DNA of 64,000 bases from an uncultured Pseudomonadota bacterium (GCA_903844155.1 CAIMSU010000259.1:15808-79807); one strand, 5' to 3'. Shown: positions 49,185 through 59,915, counted from the first letter of the stretch. The notes: generated by a model from the letters alone, not told the origin. Made by a program: numbers and translations.

Positions 49185-49933
49185 TTGGCGTCGACGCCGT
49201 ACCACCGCCCGATCATGGCGCGCTCAGCAGTAGTGATCCCGGCCTGCAGCGCGGCTGCCAACGCGCCCGCGAGCGTGATCGCGGCAAAACACAGGTCCGT
49301 CCGCGCCGACCGCGCCGAGTAGACGACGAGCTGCCCCAGCGTGGGCGGCACGCCGTTTGACCCGACGAACTCGCCGATGATGGCGCCGATGACCGCGAGC
49401 CCGGCTGCAACGCGTAAACCGGCGAACAACGCCGGGAGTGCCGCGCGGAGGCGCAGGTCGAGCAGCACCTGCAGGGGCGAGGCGCCGTACAGCCGCAAGA
49501 GGTCCACCTGGTCCTGCGAGGGCGCCAGAAACCCCGTCCGCCCTGCCGAATGGATGGGGTAGATGCTTGCGACGAACGCCGTGGCCACAGCGACCGGCAG
49601 GCCGTAGCCGAGCCAGATCACGAGCAGCGGCGCGATTGCGACGATGGGGACGACCTGGAAGGCCAGCAGCCAGGGCGCGAGGAGCGCGCGACCAAAGCGG
49701 GAAGAATGGTCGATCATCGCCGTGAGTAGACCGACCGCGATTGCCAGCCCCAGCCCAGCCAGGGATGCCATGGCGGTCTGCGAGGCGGCCCCCAGAAGGC
49801 GAGTGCGCTCCGTCCAGAGGGCGATCGCGACCGCGTCGGGTGAGGCGAGCAGCAGCGGCCCGGCCCGATTCGCGAGGATCTCCCAGGCGAGCATGGCGAA
49901 GATGCCGCCAAGCAGGGCTTCAGACCGCTTCAA
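49172..49933 (-). CDS. NitT/TauT-family ABC transporter permease
   Basis: FQVVPIVAIAPLL, L.LYGAS..Q....LRL..ALP, AIIGEF. Confidence 0.9.
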   Translation of the reverse strand: MKRSEALLGGIFAMLAWEILANRAGPLLLASPDAVAIALWTERTRLLGAASQTAMASLAGLGLAIAVGLLTAMIDHSSRFGRALLAPWLLAFQVVPIVAIAPLLVIWLGYGLPVAVATAFVASIYPIHSAGRTGFLAPSQDQVDLLRLYGASPLQVLLDLRLRAALPALFAGLRVAAGLAVIGAIIGEFVGSNGVPPTLGQLVVYSARSARTDLCFAAITLAGALAAALQAGITTAERAMIGRWYGVDANYRE

Positions 49934-50606
49934 CGCTTGCCCCAGCGAGCGCCGCCAGAAGCGCAGCCTCCGTCAGATCGGACGTTCGGCCGTCGAGCAC
50001 GACCCGCGTTGGCGGGCCGACCAGCGCGACCACGCGGTCCGCGAGCTTCAATGCCTCCCCGAGGTCGTGCGTCACCATCAGCACGGTCCAGCCTTCCGCC
50101 CGCGCAACGGCGAGGAAATCCGCCTGTACAGCTCGGCGAGTGATCCCGTCCAACGCGGAGAAGGCCTCGTCGAGGAAAACGACTTCGGGGCGGGAGTAGA
50201 GGGCGCGGGCGATGCTGGCCCGCATCCGCTGACCGCCGGAGAGGGCATTCGGCAGCCTGCGCGCGTGAGCGGCCAGGCCGAGGCGGGCGAGGATGGGACC
50301 GGCGTCATCATCCGCCTCGCCCATCGACCGATACCGACCTGGCAATCGGACATTCTCCTCCAGCGTGAGCCATGGGAGGAGGGCGTGGTCCTGAAACACG
50401 AACGCCCGACGCTTCGGGACGCCGGAGATCACGCCCGCGGTAGGCTCACGAAGGCCCGCGATGAGGCGTAGCAGGGTGCTTTTGCCGCACCCGGAGGCCC
50501 CGACGAGCGCCGTGATCTCGGCGGGGGCGAAGGAGAGCGTCAACCCGGCGATGATCGCGGTGCCATCCACCTCGTAGCGGAGATCGGTCACGCCGACATG
50601 AAACAT
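49920..50606 (-). CDS. NitT/TauT-family ABC transporter ATP-binding protein
   Basis: GASGCGKST, FQDHALLPW, LSGGQRMR, LDEAFSALD, VTHD; ATG overlaps the folE TGA (TGATG). Confidence 0.92.
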   Translation of the reverse strand: MFHVGVTDLRYEVDGTAIIAGLTLSFAPAEITALVGASGCGKSTLLRLIAGLREPTAGVISGVPKRRAFVFQDHALLPWLTLEENVRLPGRYRSMGEADDDAGPILARLGLAAHARRLPNALSGGQRMRASIARALYSRPEVVFLDEAFSALDGITRRAVQADFLAVARAEGWTVLMVTHDLGEALKLADRVVALVGPPTRVVLDGRTSDLTEAALLAALAGASVEAV

Positions 50607-51136
50607 CACGCCGGCCCCAGCAGCCCCGCCACTGTCTCCGGATCCGGTCCCGCAAACGCCATGGTCTCGACCTCGCCCGGGCTCCGCGGTCCCCGCATCT
50701 CCATGCACATGTGGCGCGCGCGGAGCCGCACGACGACCGGCGCGAGGAGCGCGGCCGCGAGGTGCTGGGCGACCTGCTCGCCAACACGCTCCTGCAGCTG
50801 CGGTTGACGGCTGAAGTGCTGCAAGACGCGCGGGACGGCACCGAGGCCGATCAGCCGGCCGCGTGGGAGAAAGCCGACGTCTGCCGTGCCGAAGAACGGG
50901 AGGAGGTGGTGCACGCAGAGCGCGTGGAACGGAACCCCACGAAGCACCACGGGCCCGAACGATGGCGTCGCCAACACCTCCAACGCGGGCCCCTCCCCCT
51001 TCGGCCCATATGCCCGCAGCACCTCCAGCCAACGCGCGGCAGTGCCATCGCCCTCGGGGTCGCGCGAGTAGCCGAGCGCGTCGAGGACGGCCTGCACGTG
51101 CCGCTCGAGGTCGTCGCTGGCGGGAATCGCGTTCAC
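50606..51136 (-). CDS. folE: GTP cyclohydrolase I-like protein (divergent FolE)
   Basis: LCVHHLLPFFG, RQPQLQER, HMCMEMRG; GTG start at 51136. Confidence 0.85.
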   Translation of the reverse strand: MNAIPASDDLERHVQAVLDALGYSRDPEGDGTAARWLEVLRAYGPKGEGPALEVLATPSFGPVVLRGVPFHALCVHHLLPFFGTADVGFLPRGRLIGLGAVPRVLQHFSRQPQLQERVGEQVAQHLAAALLAPVVVRLRARHMCMEMRGPRSPGEVETMAFAGPDPETVAGLLGPA

Positions 51137-51205
51137 CCCGCCGAGATAACGCGAGCGGCCCCGGCCGTGTTTTCCGGATAAAGCGCAGCCCCTCCAGAGC
51201 ACGCC

Positions 51206-54109
51206 ATGTCCCGCGACCGTCTCCTCCCCGAGCTGCCCCCCCAGGACTCTTTTGCACGGCGCCACATCGGCACGCGCGACGAGGATGAGCGCGCCATGCT
51301 CGCCGCCCTCGGCGTGCCCAGCCTGGACGCCCTCATCGCCCAGACCGTCCCCCAGAACATCCGCAGCGCCCGACCCCTGAACGTCCCCGAGGCGGCCTCC
51401 GAGCGCGACGCTGTTGCCGAACTATCGGCGATGATGGCAAAGAACCAGGTCCTCACGAGCTACATCGGGATGGGCTACCACGACACCGTGACACCCCCGG
51501 TGATCCTGCGGAACGTCCTTGAAAATCCGGGCTGGTACACGCAATACACGCCCTATCAGGCGGAGATCTCGCAGGGCCGCATGGAGGCGCTGCTCAACTT
51601 CCAGACCATGGTCTGCGACCTGACCGGCCTCCCCGTCGCCAACGCCTCGCTGCTCGACGAGGGAACGGCAGCGGCCGAGGCGATGAGCATGAGCTTCGGC
51701 ATCTCGGCTGCGGCGCAGGAACGAGGGGCAACCGCCTTTTTCATCTCCCGTCGCTGCCATCCGCAAACCATCGCGGTCGTCCGCACCCGGGCCGCCGCTC
51801 TCGGCCTCTCCGTGCTCGTCGGCGACCCGGCGACGTACGATTTTGGCACGGCGATCTTCGGGGCGCTCCTGCAATACCCAGGGACGGACGGTGCGATCGA
51901 GGACTACGCCGAGTTCGTCGAGAAGGTGCATGCCGCGGGCGCGCTCGTCACGATGGCGACCGACCTGCTCGCGCTCACGCTCCTGCGTCCGCCCGGTGAG
52001 CTTGGCGCCGACATCTGCGTCGGTTCCGCCCAGCGCTTTGGCGTGCCGTTCGGCTACGGCGGGCCCCACGCCGCGTTCTTCTCCACGCGCGACGAGCACA
52101 AGCGGCACATGCCCGGCCGGCTCATCGGGGTGAGCATCGACGCGCAGGGAAAGCCCGCCTTGCGCCTCGCATTGCAGACCCGCGAGCAGCACATCCGGCG
52201 CGACAAGGCCACGTCCAACATCTGCACCGCGCAGGTATTGCTGGCGGTGATGGCGTCGATGTACGCGGTCTGGCACGGCCCCGAGGGCCTCACGCGCATC
52301 GCAAAGCGCGTGAACGGGCTTGCACGCGCGCTCGCGGGCGGGCTGAACCGGCTCGGCTGCCCGACCCGGCACCCGCATCGCTACTTCGACACCGTCGCCG
52401 TCAAGGTGAAGTCGGCGTCCGCCGTCTTGAGCCTCGCTCGCGATGCCGGCTACAACCTCCGCGACCTGTCGGACAGCGCCGGCAACGCCGTCGGCATCGC
52501 GCTTGACGAGGCGACCACCAGCGCGGACATCGCCGCCCTGCTCCGGGTCTTTGCCCGCTCCGTCGGCCGCGATTCGCTGGGCTTTGACATCGCCAGCACG
52601 TCGGCGCCCGAGGACCTCGGCCCCTTCGCCCGGACCAGCACCTTCCTGACCCACCCCGTGTTCCACGCGCACCGCACCGAGCACGAGATGCTCCGCTATA
52701 TCCACAAGCTTGAAAGCAAGGATCTCTCGCTGACCACCTCGATGATCCCGCTCGGCTCCTGCACGATGAAGCTGAACGCGACGAGCGAGATGATCCCGGT
52801 CACCTGGAACACGGTCGGCGGCATTCACCCCTTTGCACCTGCCGATCAGGCCCGCGGCTACCAGGAGATGTTCAAGCAGTTGGAGGCCTGGCTCTCGGAC
52901 ATCACTGGGTTCGCCGCTACCTCCCTGCAGCCCAACGCGGGTAGCCAGGGCGAGTATGCCGGCCTGCTCGTGATCCGGCGCTACCAGGAGGCGCGTGGGC
53001 AGGGCCATCGAAACGTGTGCTTGATCCCCGCGAGTGCCCACGGCACCAACCCGGCGAGCGCCGTGATGGCGGGCATGAAGGTGGTCGTCACCAAATGCGA
53101 CACGTCAGGAAACATCGACCTTGCGGACCTGCGCGCGAAGGCGCAGGAGCACAGCGCCAACCTCACTGCGTTCATGGTGACCTACCCGTCGACCCACGGC
53201 GTCTTTGAGAGCGCGATCAAGGACATCTGCGCGATCATCCACGAACATGGCGGCCAGGTGTACATGGACGGCGCGAACATGAACGCGCAGGTCGGCCTGT
53301 CCAGCCCCGGCGGCATCGGCGCGGATGTCTGCCACTTGAACCTCCACAAGACCTTCTGCATCCCCCACGGCGGCGGGGGTCCAGGTATGGGCCCGATTTG
53401 CGTGGCCAGCCACCTCGCCCCCTATCTGCCCGGGCACCCCGTGATCCCGACCGGGGGCACCACCGCGATCGGCCCGATCAGCGCGGCGCCGTGGGGCTCA
53501 GCGTCGATCCTGCCCATCCCGTGGGCCTACATTCGCATGATGGGGCCTGACGGACTGAAGCGGGCCACAGAGATCGCAATTCTCAACGCGAACTACATGG
53601 CGCACCGCCTCGCCCCGCATTTTCCCGTGCTTTACACGGGCGAAAACGGGCGCGTCGCGCACGAGTGCATCGTGGATGTGCGCCAGCTCAAGGCCGGCAG
53701 CGGCGTGGAGGTGGAGGACATCGCCAAGCGCCTGATGGACTACGGTTTCCATGCGCCAACCATCAGTTTTCCCGTCGCCGGGACGATGATGATCGAGCCC
53801 ACCGAGTCCGAGTCCAAGGCCGAGATCGACCGGCTGTGCGATGCGCTCATCGCCATTCGCGGTGAGATTACCAAGGTCGAGGCGGGCGAATGGTCGAGAA
53901 CGGACAATCCGTTCAAGAACGCCCCGCACACGTGTGAGATCGTGGTCGCGGACGAGTGGACGCACCCGTACTCGCGCACAACAGCGGCGTTCCCGGCGCC
54001 CTGGGTCAAGGCGAACAAGTTCTGGCCGACGGTCTCCCGCATCAACAATGTGTACGGCGACAGAAACGTTGTTTGTACCTGCCCACCGGTCTCGGAGTAC
54101 GAGCAGTAG
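51206..54109 (+). CDS. gcvP: Glycine dehydrogenase (glycine cleavage P protein)
   Basis: [59 protein letters not shown]. Confidence 0.99.
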   Translation: MSRDRLLPELPPQDSFARRHIGTRDEDERAMLAALGVPSLDALIAQTVPQNIRSARPLNVPEAASERDAVAELSAMMAKNQVLTSYIGMGYHDTVTPPVILRNVLENPGWYTQYTPYQAEISQGRMEALLNFQTMVCDLTGLPVANASLLDEGTAAAEAMSMSFGISAAAQERGATAFFISRRCHPQTIAVVRTRAAALGLSVLVGDPATYDFGTAIFGALLQYPGTDGAIEDYAEFVEKVHAAGALVTMATDLLALTLLRPPGELGADICVGSAQRFGVPFGYGGPHAAFFSTRDEHKRHMPGRLIGVSIDAQGKPALRLALQTREQHIRRDKATSNICTAQVLLAVMASMYAVWHGPEGLTRIAKRVNGLARALAGGLNRLGCPTRHPHRYFDTVAVKVKSASAVLSLARDAGYNLRDLSDSAGNAVGIALDEATTSADIAALLRVFARSVGRDSLGFDIASTSAPEDLGPFARTSTFLTHPVFHAHRTEHEMLRYIHKLESKDLSLTTSMIPLGSCTMKLNATSEMIPVTWNTVGGIHPFAPADQARGYQEMFKQLEAWLSDITGFAATSLQPNAGSQGEYAGLLVIRRYQEARGQGHRNVCLIPASAHGTNPASAVMAGMKVVVTKCDTSGNIDLADLRAKAQEHSANLTAFMVTYPSTHGVFESAIKDICAIIHEHGGQVYMDGANMNAQVGLSSPGGIGADVCHLNLHKTFCIPHGGGGPGMGPICVASHLAPYLPGHPVIPTGGTTAIGPISAAPWGSASILPIPWAYIRMMGPDGLKRATEIAILNANYMAHRLAPHFPVLYTGENGRVAHECIVDVRQLKAGSGVEVEDIAKRLMDYGFHAPTISFPVAGTMMIEPTESESKAEIDRLCDALIAIRGEITKVEAGEWSRTDNPFKNAPHTCEIVVADEWTHPYSRTTAAFPAPWVKANKFWPTVSRINNVYGDRNVVCTCPPVSEYEQ

Positions 54110-54119
54110 GCCGTCAGAC

Positions 54120-54644
54120 ATGAGCGTTGCGGGCGGGCTGCGGATCGCCGCGTTGCTGGCGTTGGCGGCGTACAACCTCGCGACATTCCACGACACTCTG
54201 GTGGAGTGGGCGCCGGACCACGCCGCCGACGCCTGGCGAGAAGCACCGGCCTGGATCAAACGGCGTCTCATGACCGGCGTCGAAGACTGGCCGGCGAACT
54301 GGCGAATGTTCACATTCAAGGACACGACCCAGGTGTTCGTGGACTTTGAGGGGCAGACAGCCGACGACGGCGACCACTGGCAGCGGCTCCCGATGGAGCG
54401 CTGGTTGCCGGCGCGCTGGGAGAGCGGATTCCGCTGGGACAAGGGGAACTACAACAACGCCGAGGCGCAGCGGGGATGGCTGCGGGTCGCGTGTGCGCGC
54501 GCGAACGAGGAGGCGTACCGCGCGACGCCGATGGTGCGCACGCGGGCGGTCGTGGTGCACTGGCGAAAGACCACCGGGCAGGCCTGGCAGCCCGAGAAGG
54601 ACCGTTCCGAGAAGGTTCTTGGGGAGATGGCGTGTCGCCGATGA
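54120..54644 (+). CDS. Membrane-anchored partner of HTTM protein (SdpA/DUF5819-like)
   Basis: N-terminal TM helix, NWRMFT motif; stop overlaps the HTTM gene ATG (ATGA). Confidence 0.65.
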   Translation: MSVAGGLRIAALLALAAYNLATFHDTLVEWAPDHAADAWREAPAWIKRRLMTGVEDWPANWRMFTFKDTTQVFVDFEGQTADDGDHWQRLPMERWLPARWESGFRWDKGNYNNAEAQRGWLRVACARANEEAYRATPMVRTRAVVVHWRKTTGQAWQPEKDRSEKVLGEMACRR

Positions 54645-56113
54645 GCGCCGTCCGAACGACCACGGCGCTCTGGGGCACCGTGCTGGCGTTGACATGGGTG
54701 CAACGCGCGAGCGGGCTGGAGGAGACGCGGTCGACGGCCGGGGTCATGGTCGACGGGTCGATCCCGATGGCGACGTGGTTGCCGCTCTCGCCGACGGCGG
54801 CGTGGGGGCTGTGGGCGGTGACGGTCGTCGGAGCGGTCGGGGCGGTGATCCTGACGATGTTCGCGAGCGGGCGGGCGAGGTGGGTGCTGCGCGCCTGCGT
54901 GCTTGGCGCGACGATGGGCGCGCTGGTGCTGAACCTGGAGGAGGGGCTCAACCTGCGGGCGTACGATCGCCTCCTGGGGTGGGAGGGCCTGGCGCTGCTG
55001 CTGGCGACGGGTACGGGAGTTGGCTCGGACGAGGATCCCCGGACGTCCGCCGGGTTTGCCCGGTACTTCCTGCTCGTGGTCTACGCGGGGCTCTACGGCT
55101 CGACGGGCTGGCTGAAGATGCTGCTGGAGCCCGGTTGGGAGCGGGGCGGGACGCTCGCGAACTTCCTGGTGGACACCAGTTTTGGGCTCCGGCCGTTTGG
55201 GACCTGGGTGAGCGCCAACCCCGCGCTGCTCTCGCCCGCTGGCTGGATGACGGTCGCGTTTGAGACGTCGTTTCCGTTTCTCGTGTGGTTTCGGCCCACC
55301 CGACGGGCGCTGCTGCCAGTGGGTTTCCTGATGCACGCTGGCATCTTTGCGTTGATGAACGTGGGGCCGTTCTCGCTGGTCGCGGTCGCTGGGTACCCAC
55401 TGCTGCTCGGCGAGAGGGACTGGCAGGAACTATCGGCGATGATCGAGCGAAGACGGCTGGTCTGGCCGATCGCGGGCGCCGTGGCGACCTGGGGCGCGCT
55501 CATCGCGGTGCCGCTGGCCTCGCCGCTGCTGATCCCGCGCCACGACGCGCCTTTTCAGCCCTCGGACCCCGCGATTCGCGCGGCGATCGTCGCTGCGCTC
55601 AGAAGCCCGACGCCGCTCCCCGGTCCGGAGCACGCCCCCATGCTGACCGCCCCGCTGAACCCGAAGACCGCGGGAGAGCGCGCTGCTGTCGCGGTCCTCA
55701 CCGTCTTTGCCGCCCTGCGCCCCGACGTCGACGTCGGCCTGAGCGACGAGACCCACCCCCATTGTGTGCGCCTCGCCTCGCTCGGGCGGATGTCAGTTGT
55801 CCCAGGTACGCAGCGCTGGCCGGGATTGTGGGTCTGGATCCTGCCAACTGAGGGGGACTTCCTGACCGGGCGGATGACGGCGCCTGACGACACCGACCTC
55901 GTCTACGCCTGCCTGATCCAGGGCGGGGTGCCCTTTGTCGATACCAGCCGGGTTTTCAGCGACGGGGAACGCTACACCCTCACCGACACCGGCTCCTACC
56001 GCTCCCCCGCCCGCGACCCCGCCCACACCGACGACATCGACCTCCTCGACCTCGACAGCCTCGCGCGCGTGGTCAAGGCGTTGGAGTGCTACACCGCCCC
56101 CCACCAGATGTGA
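54641..56113 (+). CDS. HTTM-domain membrane protein fused to a degenerate M28-peptidase-like domain
   Basis: YGSTGWLK, W..G..L, FE.SFPFLVWFRPTR, MHAGI...MNVG.FS (HTTM); C-terminal PGTQRWP..LP..GDF and TDTGSYRSP..D..D.LD..SLARVV. Confidence 0.8.
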   Translation: MSAVRTTTALWGTVLALTWVQRASGLEETRSTAGVMVDGSIPMATWLPLSPTAAWGLWAVTVVGAVGAVILTMFASGRARWVLRACVLGATMGALVLNLEEGLNLRAYDRLLGWEGLALLLATGTGVGSDEDPRTSAGFARYFLLVVYAGLYGSTGWLKMLLEPGWERGGTLANFLVDTSFGLRPFGTWVSANPALLSPAGWMTVAFETSFPFLVWFRPTRRALLPVGFLMHAGIFALMNVGPFSLVAVAGYPLLLGERDWQELSAMIERRRLVWPIAGAVATWGALIAVPLASPLLIPRHDAPFQPSDPAIRAAIVAALRSPTPLPGPEHAPMLTAPLNPKTAGERAAVAVLTVFAALRPDVDVGLSDETHPHCVRLASLGRMSVVPGTQRWPGLWVWILPTEGDFLTGRMTAPDDTDLVYACLIQGGVPFVDTSRVFSDGERYTLTDTGSYRSPARDPAHTDDIDLLDLDSLARVVKALECYTAPHQM

Positions 56114-56117
56114 GCCC

Positions 56118-57290
56118 TCACCCCGTCGCCTTCAGCTCCGAAACCGGCTTCTTCAGGTGGCGAACGCCGCGTTTCAGCCCGTCGACCGTCAGTGGGAACA
56201 TCTTCACCGTCGCGCCGATGGCATTGACGGTCGGGTGGTCCCAGAAGCGCTCGGGGTCGGGGTTCAGCCAGATGCTCGCTGGGCACTTCCGCTCGAACAA
56301 CTTGATGTTCTCGAGCCCGTTCGGCCCTTCGTTGCCCCAGCCGGAGGAGAACAGCTCCCAGGGGGCCATCGACGCGTCGCCCACCCAGACGACCCGGTGC
56401 TCGGGCGTGAGCTCACGCAGGACTTCGGCCGTCGGCTTGCGGTCAAAGGTCGCGTAGTCGCGGTAGAGGTAGCGGTAGGGACAATTGTGAAAGTACCACG
56501 CCTCAAACGTCTTGAAGGTCTTGAGCTCGTTGGCAGCTGTGAACAAGCGGGAGACGAGCGAGGCGTGCGGCTCCATCGACCCGCCGGCGTCCATCAGCAG
56601 AACGATCCGCATCCTGTTGATGCGCTCGGGGCGCTCGGCCAGCTCGATCTCTCCGGCGTTCTGGCAGGTCTTCTCGATGGTCAGCGGCAGATCCAACTTG
56701 CTGGAGCCCTCACGCACGAAGTTTCGTAGCGCTCGTAGCGCGACCTTGAAATCCCGCACGTCCAACGTCATGTCCGTGCGGTAGCCCTGCCACTTGCGCT
56801 CCTCGGCCACCGCCACGGCCCCTCCGCCCCCGCCTTTTCCGCCAACCCGCACCCCGTTCTGCGCGCGCCCGCTGTTCCCAAACGGCGACGTCCCGCCCGT
56901 CCCGATCCAGTGACTCCCCCCGTCATGCCGCTCCTTCTGCTCTTTCAGCCGCTTCTCGTACTCCTTGAGCAATTCCTCCATGCTCCCAAACCCGGCACCG
57001 ACCTTGTCGCCCTCCATCTTCTTCGGGTCTTCCAACGCCGCTTGCAGCCATTCCGCGAGCTTCTGCTTGAAGTCCTCGGGCATCTCCATCCCCCGGAACG
57101 TCGCGGCAAAAGCGATGTCGTAGGCGTCAAAATGGGCCTCGTTGTGGACGAGCACCGTGCGGCCAAGTTTGTAGACGCCGTCGAGGTCGCTGGCGAGCCC
57201 GAGCTTCAGCCCGTCCAGAAATCGCAGCCACTCCCCGATTCCAACGCCGAGCTTTTGCGCGCGCAGGTTGTAGAGGAGGGAGAGCAGCAC
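56118..57290 (-). CDS. VWA-domain protein (CoxE-like), MoxR partner
   Basis: HWIGTGGTSPFG..G, LMDAGGSM MIDAS, FHNC.Y, VGDASMAPWEL, IWLNP; GTG at 57290. Confidence 0.9.
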   Translation of the reverse strand: MLLSLLYNLRAQKLGVGIGEWLRFLDGLKLGLASDLDGVYKLGRTVLVHNEAHFDAYDIAFAATFRGMEMPEDFKQKLAEWLQAALEDPKKMEGDKVGAGFGSMEELLKEYEKRLKEQKERHDGGSHWIGTGGTSPFGNSGRAQNGVRVGGKGGGGGAVAVAEERKWQGYRTDMTLDVRDFKVALRALRNFVREGSSKLDLPLTIEKTCQNAGEIELAERPERINRMRIVLLMDAGGSMEPHASLVSRLFTAANELKTFKTFEAWYFHNCPYRYLYRDYATFDRKPTAEVLRELTPEHRVVWVGDASMAPWELFSSGWGNEGPNGLENIKLFERKCPASIWLNPDPERFWDHPTVNAIGATVKMFPLTVDGLKRGVRHLKKPVSELKATG

Positions 57291-57291
57291 C

Positions 57292-58143
57292 TTATCTGCC
57301 CGGCCGGTGGGGTCGCGCGAGGTCGAGGTCGGCCTCCTGCTTGAGGAGCACGCCCGCAAAAGGGAACTTCGCGGTGATGTCTTCCGGCTTCACGCCCATG
57401 CGCGAGAGCACGGTCAGCCAGTCGATGAGCTCGCTGGTGGTCGGCTTCTTGCGCAGGCCGTCCTGGCGACGAAGGGCGTAGAACCGGGCGAAGGCGGCGT
57501 CCAACAGGGATTCTGGGAGGCCCGGGAGGTGAACGTCGACGATCCGGCGCATCCGGTCCTTGTCGGGGAACGCGATGTAGTGGAACAGGCAGCGACGAAG
57601 GAATGCGTCTGGCAGCTCCTTCTCGGCGTTCGACGTGATGATGACGATGGGGCGTTGTCTGGCCCGGATCGTCTCGTCCAGCTCCACGACGTGGAACGCC
57701 ATCTCGTCCAACTCACGGAGCAGGTCGTTGGGAAACTCCAGGTCCGCCTTGTCGATCTCGTCGATGAGCACGACCTCTTGAACGTCCGAGGTGAACGCCT
57801 GCCCGAGCACGCCGAGCCGGATGTACCGACGCAGATCCTTGACGTCCCCATCCTGGAACCGGGCATCGTTGAGCCGCTGCACGACGTCGTAGGTGTAGAG
57901 CCCGTCGATCGCCTTGGTCGTGGACTTGATCGACCAGACGCGGAGGGGCTTTCCGAGCGATTCAGCGACAGCGGCCGCGAGCAGCGTCTTGCCCGTCCCC
58001 GGCTCGCCCTTGACCAGCAGCGGGCGGGCGAGGACGATCGCGGCGTTCACATCGGCCAGCAGGCTCTCGTCGGCGATGTAGCGGGAGGACCCGGCAAAGG
58101 ACGCGGTGGGTGACGCGGGGGAGGGAGAGGAGGGTTCGGACAT
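57292..58143 (-). CDS. MoxR-family AAA+ ATPase
   Basis: GEPGTGKT, LIDEIDKAD.EFPNDLL.EL, ITSN.EKELPDAFLRRC. Confidence 0.93.
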   Translation of the reverse strand: MSEPSSPSPASPTASFAGSSRYIADESLLADVNAAIVLARPLLVKGEPGTGKTLLAAAVAESLGKPLRVWSIKSTTKAIDGLYTYDVVQRLNDARFQDGDVKDLRRYIRLGVLGQAFTSDVQEVVLIDEIDKADLEFPNDLLRELDEMAFHVVELDETIRARQRPIVIITSNAEKELPDAFLRRCLFHYIAFPDKDRMRRIVDVHLPGLPESLLDAAFARFYALRRQDGLRKKPTTSELIDWLTVLSRMGVKPEDITAKFPFAGVLLKQEADLDLARPHRPGR

Positions 58144-58181
58144 CGCGCCGGGTCTATCACCGGTCGGTCCCCGACGGTCGC

Positions 58182-59846
58182 TCAGTTCCCGCCGGTCTCG
58201 CAGCGCTGATCGGCCTCCGAGCACCGCACATGCACGGTTGCGCCGGCCGCCACGTTCAGCGTCGTCGTCGCCATCTGCCCATTCGCGAAGGTCGCCCGGA
58301 GGAAGTACGACCCCGCCGCAATCGGCCCCGGCGGGAACGTGGTGCCGTCACGCGCAACAAGGACGACGCTGGTCGCGTCACCATGCATGGCGTCGGTGCC
58401 AGACTTCACGGTGACAAGCGTGTGCGCCCCGGTTGGCGATCCCGACTGGGTGTTCACGATCAAGGAGGAAGGAGGGGGTGAAGGCGCCGGTCCGAGGGCC
58501 GGGGCGGAGGCAACCACGGTCCCTGGCGACGCGGAGTCCAGCCCGACCCAGATCGCCACCCCGAGCCCGATCACGACGACCGCCGCGAGCACGACGAGGC
58601 CAGCGCCTGCCGCACCGAACAGCTGCGCCCGGGGAGCAACGGCCGGCGGAGGCTCGGACCGGTTGACCCGGGGCGCGGAGGCCCTGCTCGCCGGCGAACG
58701 CGACGTGCGGCGGGTCTCCACAGGGTCGAGCTCCAATGAGACCGAGGAGGCAGCCGGGCGGGACGTTGGCCGGGCGAGGTTCGGTGGTTTTGACGCACCC
58801 TTTCCGTCTGCGGCGAGGATGGAATCGCCAACGGCGTACGTGGCGCCCCCACCGCTCCGGCCAGCAGCGTCGCCCCCCGATCCCGCCGTTCCACCCCCGG
58901 AAGTTGGCCGCAAGGACCTCGCCGGGCCCACGCTCGCCGAGGCCGCTGTCCGCGCTCGCGTCCCCGTGGTCTCCTGCGAGGTAGCAACGCCGACGGTACC
59001 CCCGTCCATCAGCGTCAGCAGCGTCCCGCAGTCCGGCACGCGCTCATCGCGGTTCGAAGCGAGACACGCCCGGATCGTCGCGGAAATGTGCGCGGGTAGC
59101 TCCGGCACAATCACCTCGACGGGCGTGTACCGTCCGTCCGCAAGCGCGGCGAAGATGCTCAGCACGTCTGGCCCGTCAAACGGCGACCGCCCCACGATCA
59201 GCTCGTAGTAGATGCACCCCAACGCGAAGATGTCCGTGCGCTGGTCAACGTTCTTCGCGTCCCGGATCTGCTCCGGCGACATGTAGGCGGGCGTGCCCAT
59301 CGCCACTCCGGACCGCGTCCGGCTCACGCCCCCCTCGTTCTCCATCAGGATCTTGGCGAGCCCGAAGTCCGCGACCTTGGGGACGAGAACGCCATCCGCC
59401 GTCTCGAGGAGCACGTTGCCGGGCTTCAGATCCCGGTGGATCAACCCATGCTTGTGCGCGCGCGCCACGCCAGCGACGATCCCGCGGAACAGCCGCTCGG
59501 CCTCAGGCAACGTTGGCGCCTCCCCCCGCACCGAGAGGTCGTCCAACCACACGTCCAACGACGGCCCAGCGACGAACTCCATCAGCAGCCCCGGCGCCCC
59601 GTCGACGCTGATGACGTCGGTCACGGCGACGATGTTGGGGTGCCGAAGCGAGGCCTGAAGTCGCCCCTCCTGGACCAGGCGGTCACGGACGGAAGGGTTC
59701 TGGACCTTGAGCACCTTCAAGGCGTGCAAGGTGCCCAGCGTGTTGTGCCGAACGCGGAAAACCTGCGCCATGCCGCCCGACCCGAGCTCCTTTTCGACGG
59801 TGTACCGGTCGACGACGCGGCCGAGCTCGAGGACGGTGTCGCTCAT
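58182..59846 (-). CDS. Ser/Thr protein kinase with TM and small C-terminal domain
   Basis: LGSGGMAQV, ALK, HRDLKPGN, DFG, GTPAYMSPEQ; TM helix near the C-terminus. Confidence 0.95.
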   Translation of the reverse strand: MSDTVLELGRVVDRYTVEKELGSGGMAQVFRVRHNTLGTLHALKVLKVQNPSVRDRLVQEGRLQASLRHPNIVAVTDVISVDGAPGLLMEFVAGPSLDVWLDDLSVRGEAPTLPEAERLFRGIVAGVARAHKHGLIHRDLKPGNVLLETADGVLVPKVADFGLAKILMENEGGVSRTRSGVAMGTPAYMSPEQIRDAKNVDQRTDIFALGCIYYELIVGRSPFDGPDVLSIFAALADGRYTPVEVIVPELPAHISATIRACLASNRDERVPDCGTLLTLMDGGTVGVATSQETTGTRARTAASASVGPARSLRPTSGGGTAGSGGDAAGRSGGGATYAVGDSILAADGKGASKPPNLARPTSRPAASSVSLELDPVETRRTSRSPASRASAPRVNRSEPPPAVAPRAQLFGAAGAGLVVLAAVVVIGLGVAIWVGLDSASPGTVVASAPALGPAPSPPPSSLIVNTQSGSPTGAHTLVTVKSGTDAMHGDATSVVLVARDGTTFPPGPIAAGSYFLRATFANGQMATTTLNVAAGATVHVRCSEADQRCETGGN

Positions 59847-59915
59847 CGAGGGGAGTGCTGGGAGGACGGGAAAGGGAGCATCACAGGCCTCCTTCAAGCT
59901 ACCACGCCGGCGGCC

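Noticed and set aside
51137-51205. Glycine riboswitch upstream of gcvP
   Set aside because: The gap is only 69 nt, shared with the divergent folE, and has no recognisable aptamer motifs.
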